From a bacterium (GTDB lineage: Bacteria; Patescibacteriota; Patescibacteriia; Patescibacteriales; Patescibacteriaceae), in NCBI GenBank assembly GCA_035351315.1, contig DAOPVX010000002.1, positions 23,717-87,716 on the forward strand: a DNA stretch of 64,000 nucleotides, in the 5' to 3' direction. The notes below the pieces were generated by a model. It was not told where the DNA came from, made no database searches, and saw nothing but the letters and a program-made list of their open reading frames with translations. Shown here one piece after another: positions 1 to 9,569 of this stretch. Position numbers and translations under genes: made by a program. Numbering within the stretch: the stretch's first letter is position 1; each line of letters starts with the position of its first letter.

Positions 1-1
1 C

Positions 2-1072
2 GATGCCAAGGGGCGGGTCTTTTCTTTTCCGATTCCCACCTATAATTTAACCAAAGATTTTCAATGGGATTCGCCTGTAGCCAATAAGATTTTTGAAATG
101 ACGCGCAAGTATGGCATTCCTTATTTCTCCAATTTTATCAATTCTGATATGGATCCGGATGATGCGCGGTCAATGTGTTGTCGATTACGATTGGACAATC
201 GTGAACTGCGCAAACGCGGTGGCGGTTTGTTTGGCGCCAATCCATTAACTGGTTCTATCGGCGTGGTGACTATTAATTTGCCGCGTATTGGCTATCTCAG
301 TCAGACTAAAGAAGAGTTTTTCCAAAGACTGGGTAATCTAATGCGACTGGCTCAAGAGAGTCTGGAAACTAAGCGGGAGATTATTGAAAAATTAACTGAA
401 GGCGGTCTTTATCCGTATGCCCGCTATTATTTGGCTAGCATCAAAGAGCGGTTTGGCGGTTATTGGAACAATCATTTCGGTACTATCGGTTTAATCGGTA
501 TGAATGAAGCCTTAATCAATTTTGCGCCGATTGCTAATAGCATTGCCAGCCCGGCTGGCCACCAGTTTGCTGAAGAGATTCTGGAATTTATGCGCGAAAC
601 TTTAGGTAAATTTCAAGAAGAAACCAATCATTTATATAATTTAGAAGCCACCCCGGCCGAGGGTACTTCTCGGCGCTTAGCGCGGTTAGATCGTGATCTT
701 TACCCCAATATCAAGGTAGCCAATAATGATAAAATTGACCAGGCGCCATTTTACACCAATTCAACTCAATTACCAGTCAATTTTACCAATGATATTTTTG
801 AAGCTTTGGAGCTACAGGATAGTTTGCAGACCAAATATACTGGCGGGACAGTTCTTCATTTTTTCTTAGGTGAATCATTGCCCAGCGCTTCAGCAGTGCG
901 GACCTTAGTGCGCAAGGTGGCGGAGAATTATCATTTACCCTATTTTACTATTACCCCGACCTTTTCTATCTGCCCCAAGCACGGTTATATTGCCGGTGAG
1001 CATTTTTATTGTCCCAAATGTGATGAGGAGATTGGTTTTCACCCCGAACCAGCCTTGGCCGAGATGGCCTGA
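2..1072 (+). CDS. nrdD: Anaerobic (class III) ribonucleoside-triphosphate reductase NrdD, C-terminal part. The 5' end lies outside the window, and the frame stops before the glycyl-radical loop.
   Basis: Frame 2 is open from nt 2 (DAKGRVFSFPIPTYNLTKDFQWDSP...), so the ATG at 98 is internal. NrdD-type motifs are GGGLFGANPLTGSIGVVTINLPRIGY, YNLEATPAEGTS, FYTNSTQLPV and TGGTVLHFFLGE. The zinc ribbon is ICPKHGY..YCPKC. nrdG follows. Confidence 0.88.
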   Translation, partial: DAKGRVFSFPIPTYNLTKDFQWDSPVANKIFEMTRKYGIPYFSNFINSDMDPDDARSMCCRLRLDNRELRKRGGGLFGANPLTGSIGVVTINLPRIGYLSQTKEEFFQRLGNLMRLAQESLETKREIIEKLTEGGLYPYARYYLASIKERFGGYWNNHFGTIGLIGMNEALINFAPIANSIASPAGHQFAEEILEFMRETLGKFQEETNHLYNLEATPAEGTSRRLARLDRDLYPNIKVANNDKIDQAPFYTNSTQLPVNFTNDIFEALELQDSLQTKYTGGTVLHFFLGESLPSASAVRTLVRKVAENYHLPYFTITPTFSICPKHGYIAGEHFYCPKCDEEIGFHPEPALAEMA

Positions 1073-1077
1073 TTAAT

Positions 1078-1266
1078 TTGTTTATTAATTTTTTAATCCC
1101 CATGCTTATGTCTCCCTTAGAAACCAAACGCACCCCTTGTGAGGTTTACAGTCGTGTTACTGGTTATTTGCGGCCAGTTAAACAATGGAATGATGCCAAA
1201 CAAGCCGAATTTGCTAATCGTCAAACTTTTATTGCTGAAGGCGAGAGTGATAGCTGCGGTTGCTAA
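1078..1266 (+). CDS. Detached NrdD glycyl-radical tail, encoded in a different frame from the nrdD body. Start is ATG 1102 or TTG 1078.
   Basis: Translation TPCEVYSRVTGYLRPVKQWNDAKQAEFANRQTF is the conserved NrdD C-terminal glycyl-radical loop (RVxGY). It is in frame 1, whereas nrdD is in frame 2 and ends at TGA 1070-1072. The ORF ends 2 nt before the nrdG ATG. Confidence 0.6.
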   Translation: MFINFLIPMLMSPLETKRTPCEVYSRVTGYLRPVKQWNDAKQAEFANRQTFIAEGESDSCGC

Positions 1267-1268
1267 CT

Positions 1269-2000
1269 ATGATTATCGGCGGATTACAGCCAGTTAGTCT
1301 GCTTGATTATCCTGATAAAATTTCCGCTATTGTTTTTACTCAAGGTTGTAATTTTCACTGTCGATACTGTTATAATCCCATGCTTGTCCGGCCGGCAACG
1401 GTTGGTGTTACCAATACCACAGGTCAGCCAGTTTATTCGTTGGCTGACCTGTGGGCGTTTTTAGATCAACGGCAAGATCGCTTGGAAGCCGTAGTGGTGA
1501 CTGGCGGCGAACCAACTCTCCATCATGATTTGCCGGAATTTATCACTGAGATCAAGCGACGCGGCTTATTGGTTAAACTAGACACTAACGGAACAGCCAG
1601 CCAAATGGTTAAACAGTTGGTGCAAGACGGTTTAATTGATTATTTAGCTATGGATATTAAGGCTCCTTGGAATAAATATGATCAAATAATGCCTTTACCG
1701 GCGGATATTTTGAGTCGCTTAACCGCTGAAGCTAAAATTACGGCCGAGTGGTTATTGACTGATCAACCATTGGATTATGAGTTTCGTACCACTGTGGTGC
1801 CACAGTTATTATCGGCGGCCGATATTAGCTTACTGGCCGAACAGTTGATTGGCGCTCGATCTTGGTATTTACAAAAAGCTCGGCTGGCTGGTGATTTATT
1901 GGATCCTAGCTTAGTGGGGCAGAGAGTCTATACTGATGCTGAAATGGTTGAGTTATTAGCTATAGCTAAAGCTAAGGTGCCAACCGCCCAGATTCGTTGA
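1269..2000 (+). CDS. nrdG: Anaerobic ribonucleotide reductase activating protein (radical SAM)
   Basis: CNFHCRYC (CxxxCxxC radical-SAM cluster) near the N-terminus and GGEPTL. It sits directly after nrdD. ATG 1269 is preferred over the TTG at 1260. Confidence 0.9.
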   Translation: MIIGGLQPVSLLDYPDKISAIVFTQGCNFHCRYCYNPMLVRPATVGVTNTTGQPVYSLADLWAFLDQRQDRLEAVVVTGGEPTLHHDLPEFITEIKRRGLLVKLDTNGTASQMVKQLVQDGLIDYLAMDIKAPWNKYDQIMPLPADILSRLTAEAKITAEWLLTDQPLDYEFRTTVVPQLLSAADISLLAEQLIGARSWYLQKARLAGDLLDPSLVGQRVYTDAEMVELLAIAKAKVPTAQIR

Positions 2001-2057
2001 TTGGTGAGCTAAAATTTTTTTGCTATAATATTGATATCAATTAGCTTAATTTATTTT

Positions 2058-2273
2058 ATGGATGAAGATTTGCGGCGAGTTTTAGCCGACCAAGCAGCAG
2101 CCATTGCCGAGATTCGGGAAAACACCCGATTGATTTATCGGTATGTTTATTGGCAAAGAATTCTTAGCTGGATTAAATGGCTTCTGCTTCTCCTGTCTTT
2201 ATTAGCTGGTGTTATCTATTTGCCGCCGTTATTAAAAGATTATTTTAGTTTGTATAACTCAATTTTGCGGTAA
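2058..2273 (+). CDS. Small hypothetical membrane protein
   Basis: ATG 2058 follows an extended -10 (TGcTATAAT, 2021-2029). It has one clear hydrophobic helix (WLLLLLSLLAGVIYLPPLL). No family was recognised. Confidence 0.5.
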   Translation: MDEDLRRVLADQAAAIAEIRENTRLIYRYVYWQRILSWIKWLLLLLSLLAGVIYLPPLLKDYFSLYNSILR

Positions 2274-2277
2274 TCTT

Positions 2278-3397
2278 ATGCTTGAAATAGTTAATGGTCA
2301 AAATATTGAGGCGGTCCGTCAACGCCTTCTAGAGATTGGGAGGTGGCTTTGACCTAGCTGCCAAGCAGCGGCAACTAGCCACTTTGCAAGCAAAAGCTCA
2401 GACACCCGATCTGTGGTCTGATCCTGAACAAGCCGGCCAATTATTAAAAAGGATTGAAGTTATTCAAACCGAAATTAATAATTATCAGGCCACTGAACAG
2501 CGTTTAGCCGACTTAGCCGCCTTAGCTGCGACTGGCGAAATCGATGCCATCACTGCCGATTTAGTGCAGACTGAACTGCAACAAATTATTCAACTTATCG
2601 AGCAGCTGGAAAATAGTCGTTTTTTTGATCAGCCGCACGATGATTTGCCGGTTATTTTGTCAATTCACGCCGGCACTGGCGGTGTTGATGCTCAAGATTG
2701 GGCTCTGATATTAGAGCGAATGTATCTGCGCTATGCTGATCGACAGGGTTGGTCTAGTCAAGTTTTAGATGAACAGGCCGGTAATGAGGCTGGCATTAAA
2801 AGTGTTACCTTGCGTCTAGCTGGTCCGCTGGCTTATGGTTTTTTACGCGGTGAAGGTGGCACTCATCGGCTATTGCGTAATTCGCCGTTTAATGCTCAAC
2901 ATTTGCGACAAACCTCTTTTGCCCTGGTTGAAGTTATCCCGGAATTGCCGGCTATTGAAGCGCCGGCAATTACTGAGAATGAATTACAGATTGATGTTTT
3001 TCGTTCTTCCGGTCCGGGCGGTCAAGGCGTAAATACGACTGATTCGGCGGTGCGGTTGACTCATTTACCCAGCGGTTTAGTGGTAACTTGCCAAAGTGAA
3101 CGTTCGCAACATCAAAATAAAATTTTGGCTTTGGCCGTTTTACAATCCAAGTTGGCCCAGCAGCAAGCCGAAAAACTGAATCAGCAAAAGCAAACACTTA
3201 AAGGTCAACAAATTAAAGCTGATTGGGGTTTGCAAATCAGATCGTATTTTTTATATGGCAGCCAAATTATTAAAGATCATCGCACCGCAGTCAGCACTAG
3301 CGATGTCGCCGGGGTTTTAGACGGTAAATTAGAGTTATTTTTAAAGGCTTACTGGTTATGGGATTGGCAGCGGCGTCAAGCCGATCCGTCTGCTTAA
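2278..3397 (+). CDS. prfB: Peptide chain release factor 2, expressed through a programmed +1 frameshift (2278..2349 joined to 2351..3397)
   Basis: Frame 1 reads MLEIVNGQNIEAVRQRLLEIGRWL and then hits in-frame TGA at 2350-2352. Frame 2 continues DLAAKQRQLATLQ... The product carries the SPF tripeptide (RNSPFNAQH) and GGQ (SGPGGQGVNTTDSAVR). Confidence 0.93.
2338..2353 (+). promoter_or_regulatory. prfB +1 frameshift cassette: SD-like GGGAGG, 3-nt spacer, CTT TGA C
   Basis: GGGAGG TGG CTT TGA C has the same architecture as the E. coli prfB site (AGGGGG TAT CTT TGA C). Confidence 0.9.
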
Positions 3398-3415
3398 AAG
3401 ATAATTGATAAAACT

Positions 3416-4900
3416 ATGTCCGGAGGGGGACAATTCTTTCCGGCTAGCCGTTATTGGCTGGCTTTTATTTTCGGTATTGCGTTAGTCGGGTTGTGGCCGA
3501 GTCATTGGTCAGTGGCTTATTTTTATGGTGGTTTATTGGGGATTGCTTTGGCTGGTTTGACCGGTAAGCGGAAACGGTCAGTTTTAGTATTGGCTTTATG
3601 TTTAGTAATTGGTTTTTGGCGGGCCGACACTGCCTTGGTATCGGCCGTTACAACAGCATCATCTTTAAGTTCTAGCGGCGATATAATTATTAAGGGGCGA
3701 TTGGTCAGCCGACCGCAGCCTCGCTCTAGCGGTGGATCGCAGATGATTATTAAGGATATTAATTATTATAGCCATTCCGGCTGGCGCACTTGGCCCGGGC
3801 GAGTCCTGGTTTATGGTCCTGAAAGCTGGTTAAGCGGAGCTCAGGCTGGCCAAAGCTGGCAATTTAGCGGCCGTTTAGCCGCGTGGCCAGCCGGTGGTGT
3901 TTTCAGTTATCGTTATTATCTGTTTAATCGCAGCGCTCGGGCTATCTTACAGGCCGACCAGCGGCAGCTGGTGGCTAGCCAGCCCCAAAACTGGTGGTTT
4001 TATTTGGTTAATGGCCAAGAGCGCTTATCTCAGGCGTTAGCCAATAGTTTGCCAGAACCGGCGGCTAGTTTGGCTGGTCCCTTGGTTTGGGGTGGCGCAG
4101 GTCAAATATCGGCTGAGTGGCGTCAACGGCTGGCGATTACCGGTTTAAGCCATATTACCGCCGTGTCCGGTTTTAATATTAGCTTGTTGCTTGTTTTATT
4201 TATTGATAATTTTATTATTCTGGGCTGGCCGCGCCGCTGGGCCACAATTAGCGCCAGTTTGGTTATTGCTATTTATGTTTTAGTTATCGGGGCGCCAGCT
4301 TCAGCCGTGCGGGCCGGTCTTTTTGGTTTGTTATTGGTCTGGGGCCGTTATTGCGGTCGCCTGGGCCGGAGCGGCCATCTGCTTTTAATTAGCGCGGCGG
4401 TTATGTTGGCCATTAATCCTTTTTATTTTTGGGGTGATTTGGGTTTTAGTTTGTCATTTGCCGCGGTTTTCGGCCTGCTCTATTGGACTGAATTGTGGCA
4501 AAAATGGTTACGGCGGATACCGTTATTGCGGCTGCCACTGATTAGTGAAAATTTGGCAGTCACTCTGGCGGCTCAGATGTGGACTTGGCCGTTAATTTTT
4601 TGGCAATTCGGTCAAATTTCCATGATAGCGCCATTGGCTAATTTATTGGTGGTTTGGGCTTTACCGTGGTTGACCATCTTTCTCTTGCTGGCTAGTCCCT
4701 TGGCTTGGCTCTGGCCAGCCGGCGGGGTTTTTATTTTTGCTCCAGCCGGTTGGTTGCTAAAGATTTTGTTAGCCATAATTGCTAATTTAGCTAATTGGCC
4801 GGCGGCCGGTTTTATAGTAGAGTGGCCGAGTGGCTGGCGGATTGGGATCATTATAATTTATTATGGATTAACTGTGGTTTTGCTTAGACGAAGAAAATGA
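3416..4900 (+). CDS. comEC: ComEC/Rec2 DNA-uptake channel protein, short form without the C-terminal metallo-beta-lactamase domain
   Basis: It is a polytopic membrane protein with an N-terminal OB-like segment (IIIKGRLVSRPQP). The competence-domain motif ITGLSHITAVSGFNISLL is present. The 494 aa end within TM helices. Confidence 0.8.
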   Translation: MSGGGQFFPASRYWLAFIFGIALVGLWPSHWSVAYFYGGLLGIALAGLTGKRKRSVLVLALCLVIGFWRADTALVSAVTTASSLSSSGDIIIKGRLVSRPQPRSSGGSQMIIKDINYYSHSGWRTWPGRVLVYGPESWLSGAQAGQSWQFSGRLAAWPAGGVFSYRYYLFNRSARAILQADQRQLVASQPQNWWFYLVNGQERLSQALANSLPEPAASLAGPLVWGGAGQISAEWRQRLAITGLSHITAVSGFNISLLLVLFIDNFIILGWPRRWATISASLVIAIYVLVIGAPASAVRAGLFGLLLVWGRYCGRLGRSGHLLLISAAVMLAINPFYFWGDLGFSLSFAAVFGLLYWTELWQKWLRRIPLLRLPLISENLAVTLAAQMWTWPLIFWQFGQISMIAPLANLLVVWALPWLTIFLLLASPLAWLWPAGGVFIFAPAGWLLKILLAIIANLANWPAAGFIVEWPSGWRIGIIIIYYGLTVVLLRRRK

Positions 4901-4915
4901 AGAGATTAGTTTTTC

Positions 4916-4939
4916 ACCTTGCTTTTCCAAGGTCTTTTT
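4916..4939 (+). terminator. Rho-independent terminator after comEC
   Basis: ACCTTG (4916-4921), a 6-nt loop, CAAGGT (4928-4933), then CTTTTT. Confidence 0.5.
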
Positions 4940-4970
4940 GTTATGCTAACAGCAGTTTCTCTTGATTTTT

Positions 4971-7598
4971 ATGACTGAATTAGCTAAAACCTACGAACCG
5001 CAAAATTACGAAGCGGCGATTTATCAGCGTTGGTTGGATAGCGGTTTATTTAATCCAGATAATTTGCCACTGCCGGCTGAAGCGCCCAACTATACTATTA
5101 TTTTGCCGCCACCCAATATTACTGACAAGCTGCATTTAGGCCATGCCGCTATGTTGGCCATTGAAGATTTATTGATTCGCTATCATCGAGCCCGCGGCTA
5201 TCGGACATTATGGTTGCCCGGCACTGATCATGCCGCCATCGCTACCCAGAATGTTGTTGAGAAATTACTTTATCAGACCGAAGGCAAGACTCGCCATGAT
5301 TATGGTCGGGAAGAGTTTTTGCGGCGCGTTTGGGAGTTTGTTGGGCCAACTAGAGAAACCATTTTGCATCAAATTAGAAGAATGGGCGCCTCGCTGGATT
5401 GGTCGCGGATGACTTTTACTATGGATGAGCCGCGACAAAAGGCAGTGCGGGTAATGTTTAAACAGATGTATGACGAGGGGGCGATTTACCGGGGCGAACG
5501 GGTGGTTAATTGGTGTCCGCGTTGTCAAAGCACCTTGTCCGACGATGAGGTTGACTACAAAGAACAGCCGGCCGAATTATATACTTTTAAATATTCAGCT
5601 GATTTTCCAATCGCTATTGCCACCACTCGGCCGGAAACCAAATTAGGCGATACAGCTGTAGCGGTCAATCCGCAAGATAAGCGTTATCAGCAATATATCG
5701 GCCAAACCTACCAGGTTGATTTTTGCGGCCAGCCATTGACGATTAAGATTATTGCTGATCGGTCGGTAGATATGGCTTTTGGTACTGGCGCGGTCGGTGT
5801 GACGCCGGCTCATTCCATGACTGATTGGCAATTCAAAGAAAAACACGACTTAGCCGTGGTTAAAGTTATTACTCCTGATGGTTTAATGGCGGACAATCTT
5901 GGTCGTTTTAGCGGCTTGCCGGTTGCAGAAGCTCGTCAATTAGTGGTTGCTGAGCTAGGCCAGCGCCAGCTGTTAATTCAACAGACAACTATTACCAATA
6001 ATTTATCTATCTGTTATCGCTGCGGCACCGCTATTGAGCCTTTGCCATCGAAACAATGGTTTATTGGTGTTGATCGTCCCTTGGACCGTTTGGGCGGCCG
6101 GTCGTTAAAACAAGCCGCCATGGCAGCGGTGGAACAGGGTCAAACCAAATTTGTGCCCGAGCGGTTTCAAAAACGCTACTTGGATTGGATGGCTAATTTA
6201 CATGATTGGTGTATTTCTCGGCAGATTTGGTTTGGCCACCAGATTCCGGTCTGGTATCGTGGTGAAGAAATAATGGTCAGCGATACTGCCCCTCATGGTG
6301 GCGATTGGCAGCAGGATCCGGATACTTTAGATACTTGGTTTTCATCGGGCATGTGGACTTTTTCCACTTTAGGCTGGCCGGATAATTTTGTTGACGGTCA
6401 AAAGATTGGCGATTTAGCCCGATTTCATCCGACTCAAGTTTTAGAGACCGGTTATGACATCTTGACTCTGTGGGTGTCGCGCATGATGATGATGACTCTT
6501 TTTGCTTTGGGTGAAGTGCCATTTACCGATGTTTATATGCACGGCTTGGTTTTGGATGAACATGGCAAGAAAATGAGCAAGTCCAAAGGTAACGGCCTTG
6601 ATCCGTTAGATATGATTGAGCTTTATGGTACTGATGCCGTTCGCTTATCGTTATTGATCGGTATTACTCCGGGTAATGATTGTCGCCTGGGGACCGCTAA
6701 AATTGCCAGTTATCGTAATTTTGTCAATAAGCTTTGGAATATTGGTCGTTATATTTTGTCAGCACTGCCTGATAAAACAGTTTTTGTCCATAATAACATA
6801 GACTTAACACAAACAACTTGGGCTGACCGCTGGATTCTGAGCCGTTTTGATAAATTGGTTAAGACGGTTGGCCAACGCATTAGCCGCTATGAATTTTCAT
6901 TAGCTGGTGAAGCTTTGCGCGATTTTACTTGGAATGATTTAGCTGATTGGTATTTGGAAATCAGCAAGATGGAGCCGACTAGTCAGAAAGCTAATATTTT
7001 GGGCTATATTTTTAAAAATCTATTGATTCTGTGGCAGCCGTTTATTCCTTTTGTGACTGAAGTCCTCTGGCAACAGCTCGGGATTGATCAGCCGCTATTA
7101 ATTGCTCAATGGCCAGAACAGTTGAGCGGTGATTGGGCAGATGCCGAATCTTTTACCATAGTTCAGCAATTAATTACTGAAATTCGCAATTTACGCAGCC
7201 ATCAACAAATCGCTCCCAATCAAAACTTATCCGCCTTGATTATCGCCGGACAACAGGCCGAAGCCTTAAACAGTCAGATAGATTTATTAAAAAAATTGCG
7301 CACCGGTTTAGAACAAGTGGAGATTGTAGCTACTGGCTCAGCTCCGGCCGATTCTTTGGCTGGCGTTTGCGGTCAGATTAGTTTTTATTTATTTGGTCAA
7401 ATTGACCAAACTGGCGCTCAAGCTAAGATTGCTAAGAAAATTGTTGAGCTGACAACGGCCATTGAGCAGTTATCTATCCGTTTAGCTAATCCTGAATTTA
7501 TCGCTAAGGCGCCGAAAAAAATTATTTTAGCCGAACAAAATAAATTAGCTGATTGGCAAGCCGAATTGACGGCTCTAAATCAGCAAATAACTAAATAA
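4971..7598 (+). CDS. valS: Valine--tRNA ligase
   Basis: PPPNITDKLHLGHA (HIGH), KMSKSKGN (KMSKS), an editing-domain segment TTRPETKLGDTAVAV and a C-terminal coiled coil. ATG 4971 is preferred to TTG 4962. Confidence 0.95.
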   Translation: MTELAKTYEPQNYEAAIYQRWLDSGLFNPDNLPLPAEAPNYTIILPPPNITDKLHLGHAAMLAIEDLLIRYHRARGYRTLWLPGTDHAAIATQNVVEKLLYQTEGKTRHDYGREEFLRRVWEFVGPTRETILHQIRRMGASLDWSRMTFTMDEPRQKAVRVMFKQMYDEGAIYRGERVVNWCPRCQSTLSDDEVDYKEQPAELYTFKYSADFPIAIATTRPETKLGDTAVAVNPQDKRYQQYIGQTYQVDFCGQPLTIKIIADRSVDMAFGTGAVGVTPAHSMTDWQFKEKHDLAVVKVITPDGLMADNLGRFSGLPVAEARQLVVAELGQRQLLIQQTTITNNLSICYRCGTAIEPLPSKQWFIGVDRPLDRLGGRSLKQAAMAAVEQGQTKFVPERFQKRYLDWMANLHDWCISRQIWFGHQIPVWYRGEEIMVSDTAPHGGDWQQDPDTLDTWFSSGMWTFSTLGWPDNFVDGQKIGDLARFHPTQVLETGYDILTLWVSRMMMMTLFALGEVPFTDVYMHGLVLDEHGKKMSKSKGNGLDPLDMIELYGTDAVRLSLLIGITPGNDCRLGTAKIASYRNFVNKLWNIGRYILSALPDKTVFVHNNIDLTQTTWADRWILSRFDKLVKTVGQRISRYEFSLAGEALRDFTWNDLADWYLEISKMEPTSQKANILGYIFKNLLILWQPFIPFVTEVLWQQLGIDQPLLIAQWPEQLSGDWADAESFTIVQQLITEIRNLRSHQQIAPNQNLSALIIAGQQAEALNSQIDLLKKLRTGLEQVEIVATGSAPADSLAGVCGQISFYLFGQIDQTGAQAKIAKKIVELTTAIEQLSIRLANPEFIAKAPKKIILAEQNKLADWQAELTALNQQITK

Positions 7599-7599
7599 T

Positions 7600-8364
7600 A
7601 TGTGGTTTTTGAATCTATTATTATCATTATTAGCCATTGTAATTACTTGGTTGCTAGCCAGTTGGTCGGCTAGTTTTAGCAAGCGTTGGGCCAATCGTCA
7701 TAAGGACAATAAGATTAATCCAACCATGCATTTGATTGTTCAGCGGGCAATTCAAACGGTTATCTATATTTTAGGCCTATTGACTATCGGCCAGATTTGG
7801 CATATTAATATCGGACCGCTCTGGGCTGGGTTAGGTGTTGCCGGCGTGGCTATCGCTTTGGGTTTACAAGAAACTTTATCCAATCTTTTTGCTGCCTTTT
7901 TTGTTATTATTGATAAAACTATTCGGGTTGGCGCTTATTTGAAATTGGACGATGGCACGGTAGCCAAAGTTGAGGATATCTCCTGGCGCTCTACTCGGTT
8001 GAAGGCGACCAGTGGCGAGCGAATTATTATGCCTAATCGTTTATTTGCTAATCAGAAGGTTATTGGTCGCAGTCAGACTGATAAAAACTGGATGGTGACT
8101 ATTGAAGCTATCGCCGGCCCGGGCAGCCAATTGACCGAGGTTGAACAAGGTGCGTTGGCGGCTGGCCAGATAGTGGCTAAAAAATATCCGGCCAAAACGG
8201 CTACGGTTAAGTTTTATTTTGACGAATTGACGGCCGCTGGCTTAAAATTTAAGTTAGTCATTAGTATTGACAGCGCTGCCAATGAAACAGCTGCCCGTCA
8301 TGAATTATTAAAGAATTTGATTATTGAGCTGGCCAAGCGGTCTTGTCCGTTAGTTGGCCGTTAA
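7600..8364 (+). CDS. mscS: Small-conductance mechanosensitive channel (MscS family)
   Basis: Three N-terminal TM helices followed by LGLQETLSNLFAAFFVIIDKTIRVGAYL...ISWRSTRLK...IIMPN, the MscS pore/beta-domain pattern. Confidence 0.8.
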   Translation: MWFLNLLLSLLAIVITWLLASWSASFSKRWANRHKDNKINPTMHLIVQRAIQTVIYILGLLTIGQIWHINIGPLWAGLGVAGVAIALGLQETLSNLFAAFFVIIDKTIRVGAYLKLDDGTVAKVEDISWRSTRLKATSGERIIMPNRLFANQKVIGRSQTDKNWMVTIEAIAGPGSQLTEVEQGALAAGQIVAKKYPAKTATVKFYFDELTAAGLKFKLVISIDSAANETAARHELLKNLIIELAKRSCPLVGR

Positions 8365-8368
8365 TTAT

Positions 8369-9568
8369 ATGATTAAGACTGATGCTAAATTGATTGATGA
8401 ATTACTGGAACGTGGAGTAAATGAAGTAATTATTAAAGATCAGCTGCGGCAAAAACTTCTAAGCGGTCAAAAATTACGGATTAAGCTAGGCACTGATCCA
8501 ACCAGTCCCAACCTGCATTTAGGTCGTTCTATTCCTTTGCTTAAACTGCGCGATTTGCAGCAATTAGGCCATCAGATTGTTTTAATAGTTGGTGATTTTA
8601 CCGGCGTCATTGGCGACACTTCCGATAAGGATAGCGAGCGGCCGATGCTATCGCCCGAAAAGATTCAGGCGAATATGGCTCAGTATTTAAAGCAAGCCGG
8701 TCAATTAATTGATTTAGATAGCTGTGAATTTCATTATAATAGCGAGTGGTTAGGCCAACTAACTTATAATCAGATTGGCGAGCAAGCCGATCAGTTTTCG
8801 GTTGCTGAATTTATTGCTCGGGACAATATCCGCCGTCGTCTAGAAGCTGGTTCGCGGGTGTCGGTGCGTGAGATGCTTTATCCGTTGATGCAGGGCTATG
8901 ACAGCGTTATGGTCAAGGCCGATGTTGAGCTGGGCGGGACTGATCAACGTTTTAATTTGTTGGCTGGCCGTAAACTGCAAGAACATTTTGGTCAGCCACC
9001 GCAAAATATTATCATGACCGAATTGGCTGAGGGCACTGATGGTCGCAAGATGAGTTCCAGCTGGGGGAATACTATTAATTTTACCGATGAACCGCAGACC
9101 ATGTATGCTAAAGTCATGGGCATCAGCGATGATTTAATTATCAAATATTTTATTTTAATGACACGCTGCCCCTTGAGCCAAATCACAGAATACGAACAAG
9201 CTATCCAAGGCGGCGCTAACCCGCGCGATGCGAAAATGGCGCTAGCCAAAGAAATTGTCAATATTTATCATGGCCAAGTCGCGGCTGATCAAGCTGAAGC
9301 CTATTTTATTAAAGTTGTTCAGCAGAAGTCATTACCGGAGGATATTGCTACCATTGCTTTAACTAAGAGCGACTGGCCGATTATTGATTTATTATTAGAC
9401 ATTAAGGCGGTCACCAGCCGTGGAGAGGCTCGGCGCTTAATTGAGCAGGGCGGTGTTAAATTAGCCGAGCAAACGATTACTGATAGTCAATTATTAGTTA
9501 AATTAAGCGCTAAGCCGATTTTATTACAAAAGGGTAAGAAACAATATTGGTATTTGGTTGCTGAATAA
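8369..9568 (+). CDS. tyrS: Tyrosine--tRNA ligase with C-terminal S4-like domain
   Basis: TSPNLHLGR (HIGH variant), GGTDQRFN, KMSSSWGN (KMSKS variant) and a C-terminal SRGEARRLIEQGGVKL S4 motif. ATG 8369 is preferred to TTG 8354. Confidence 0.88.
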   Translation: MIKTDAKLIDELLERGVNEVIIKDQLRQKLLSGQKLRIKLGTDPTSPNLHLGRSIPLLKLRDLQQLGHQIVLIVGDFTGVIGDTSDKDSERPMLSPEKIQANMAQYLKQAGQLIDLDSCEFHYNSEWLGQLTYNQIGEQADQFSVAEFIARDNIRRRLEAGSRVSVREMLYPLMQGYDSVMVKADVELGGTDQRFNLLAGRKLQEHFGQPPQNIIMTELAEGTDGRKMSSSWGNTINFTDEPQTMYAKVMGISDDLIIKYFILMTRCPLSQITEYEQAIQGGANPRDAKMALAKEIVNIYHGQVAADQAEAYFIKVVQQKSLPEDIATIALTKSDWPIIDLLLDIKAVTSRGEARRLIEQGGVKLAEQTITDSQLLVKLSAKPILLQKGKKQYWYLVAE

Positions 9569-9569
9569 T

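Noticed and set aside
1027-1072. Programmed -1 ribosomal frameshift or UGA read-through joining the two nrdD parts
   Set aside because: There is no X XXY YYZ slippery heptamer in the region where both frames are open. Read-through of TGA 1070 hits TAA at 1094-1096. UGA is used as a normal stop by other genes here (nrdG, comEC, gtrA) and by the prfB site.
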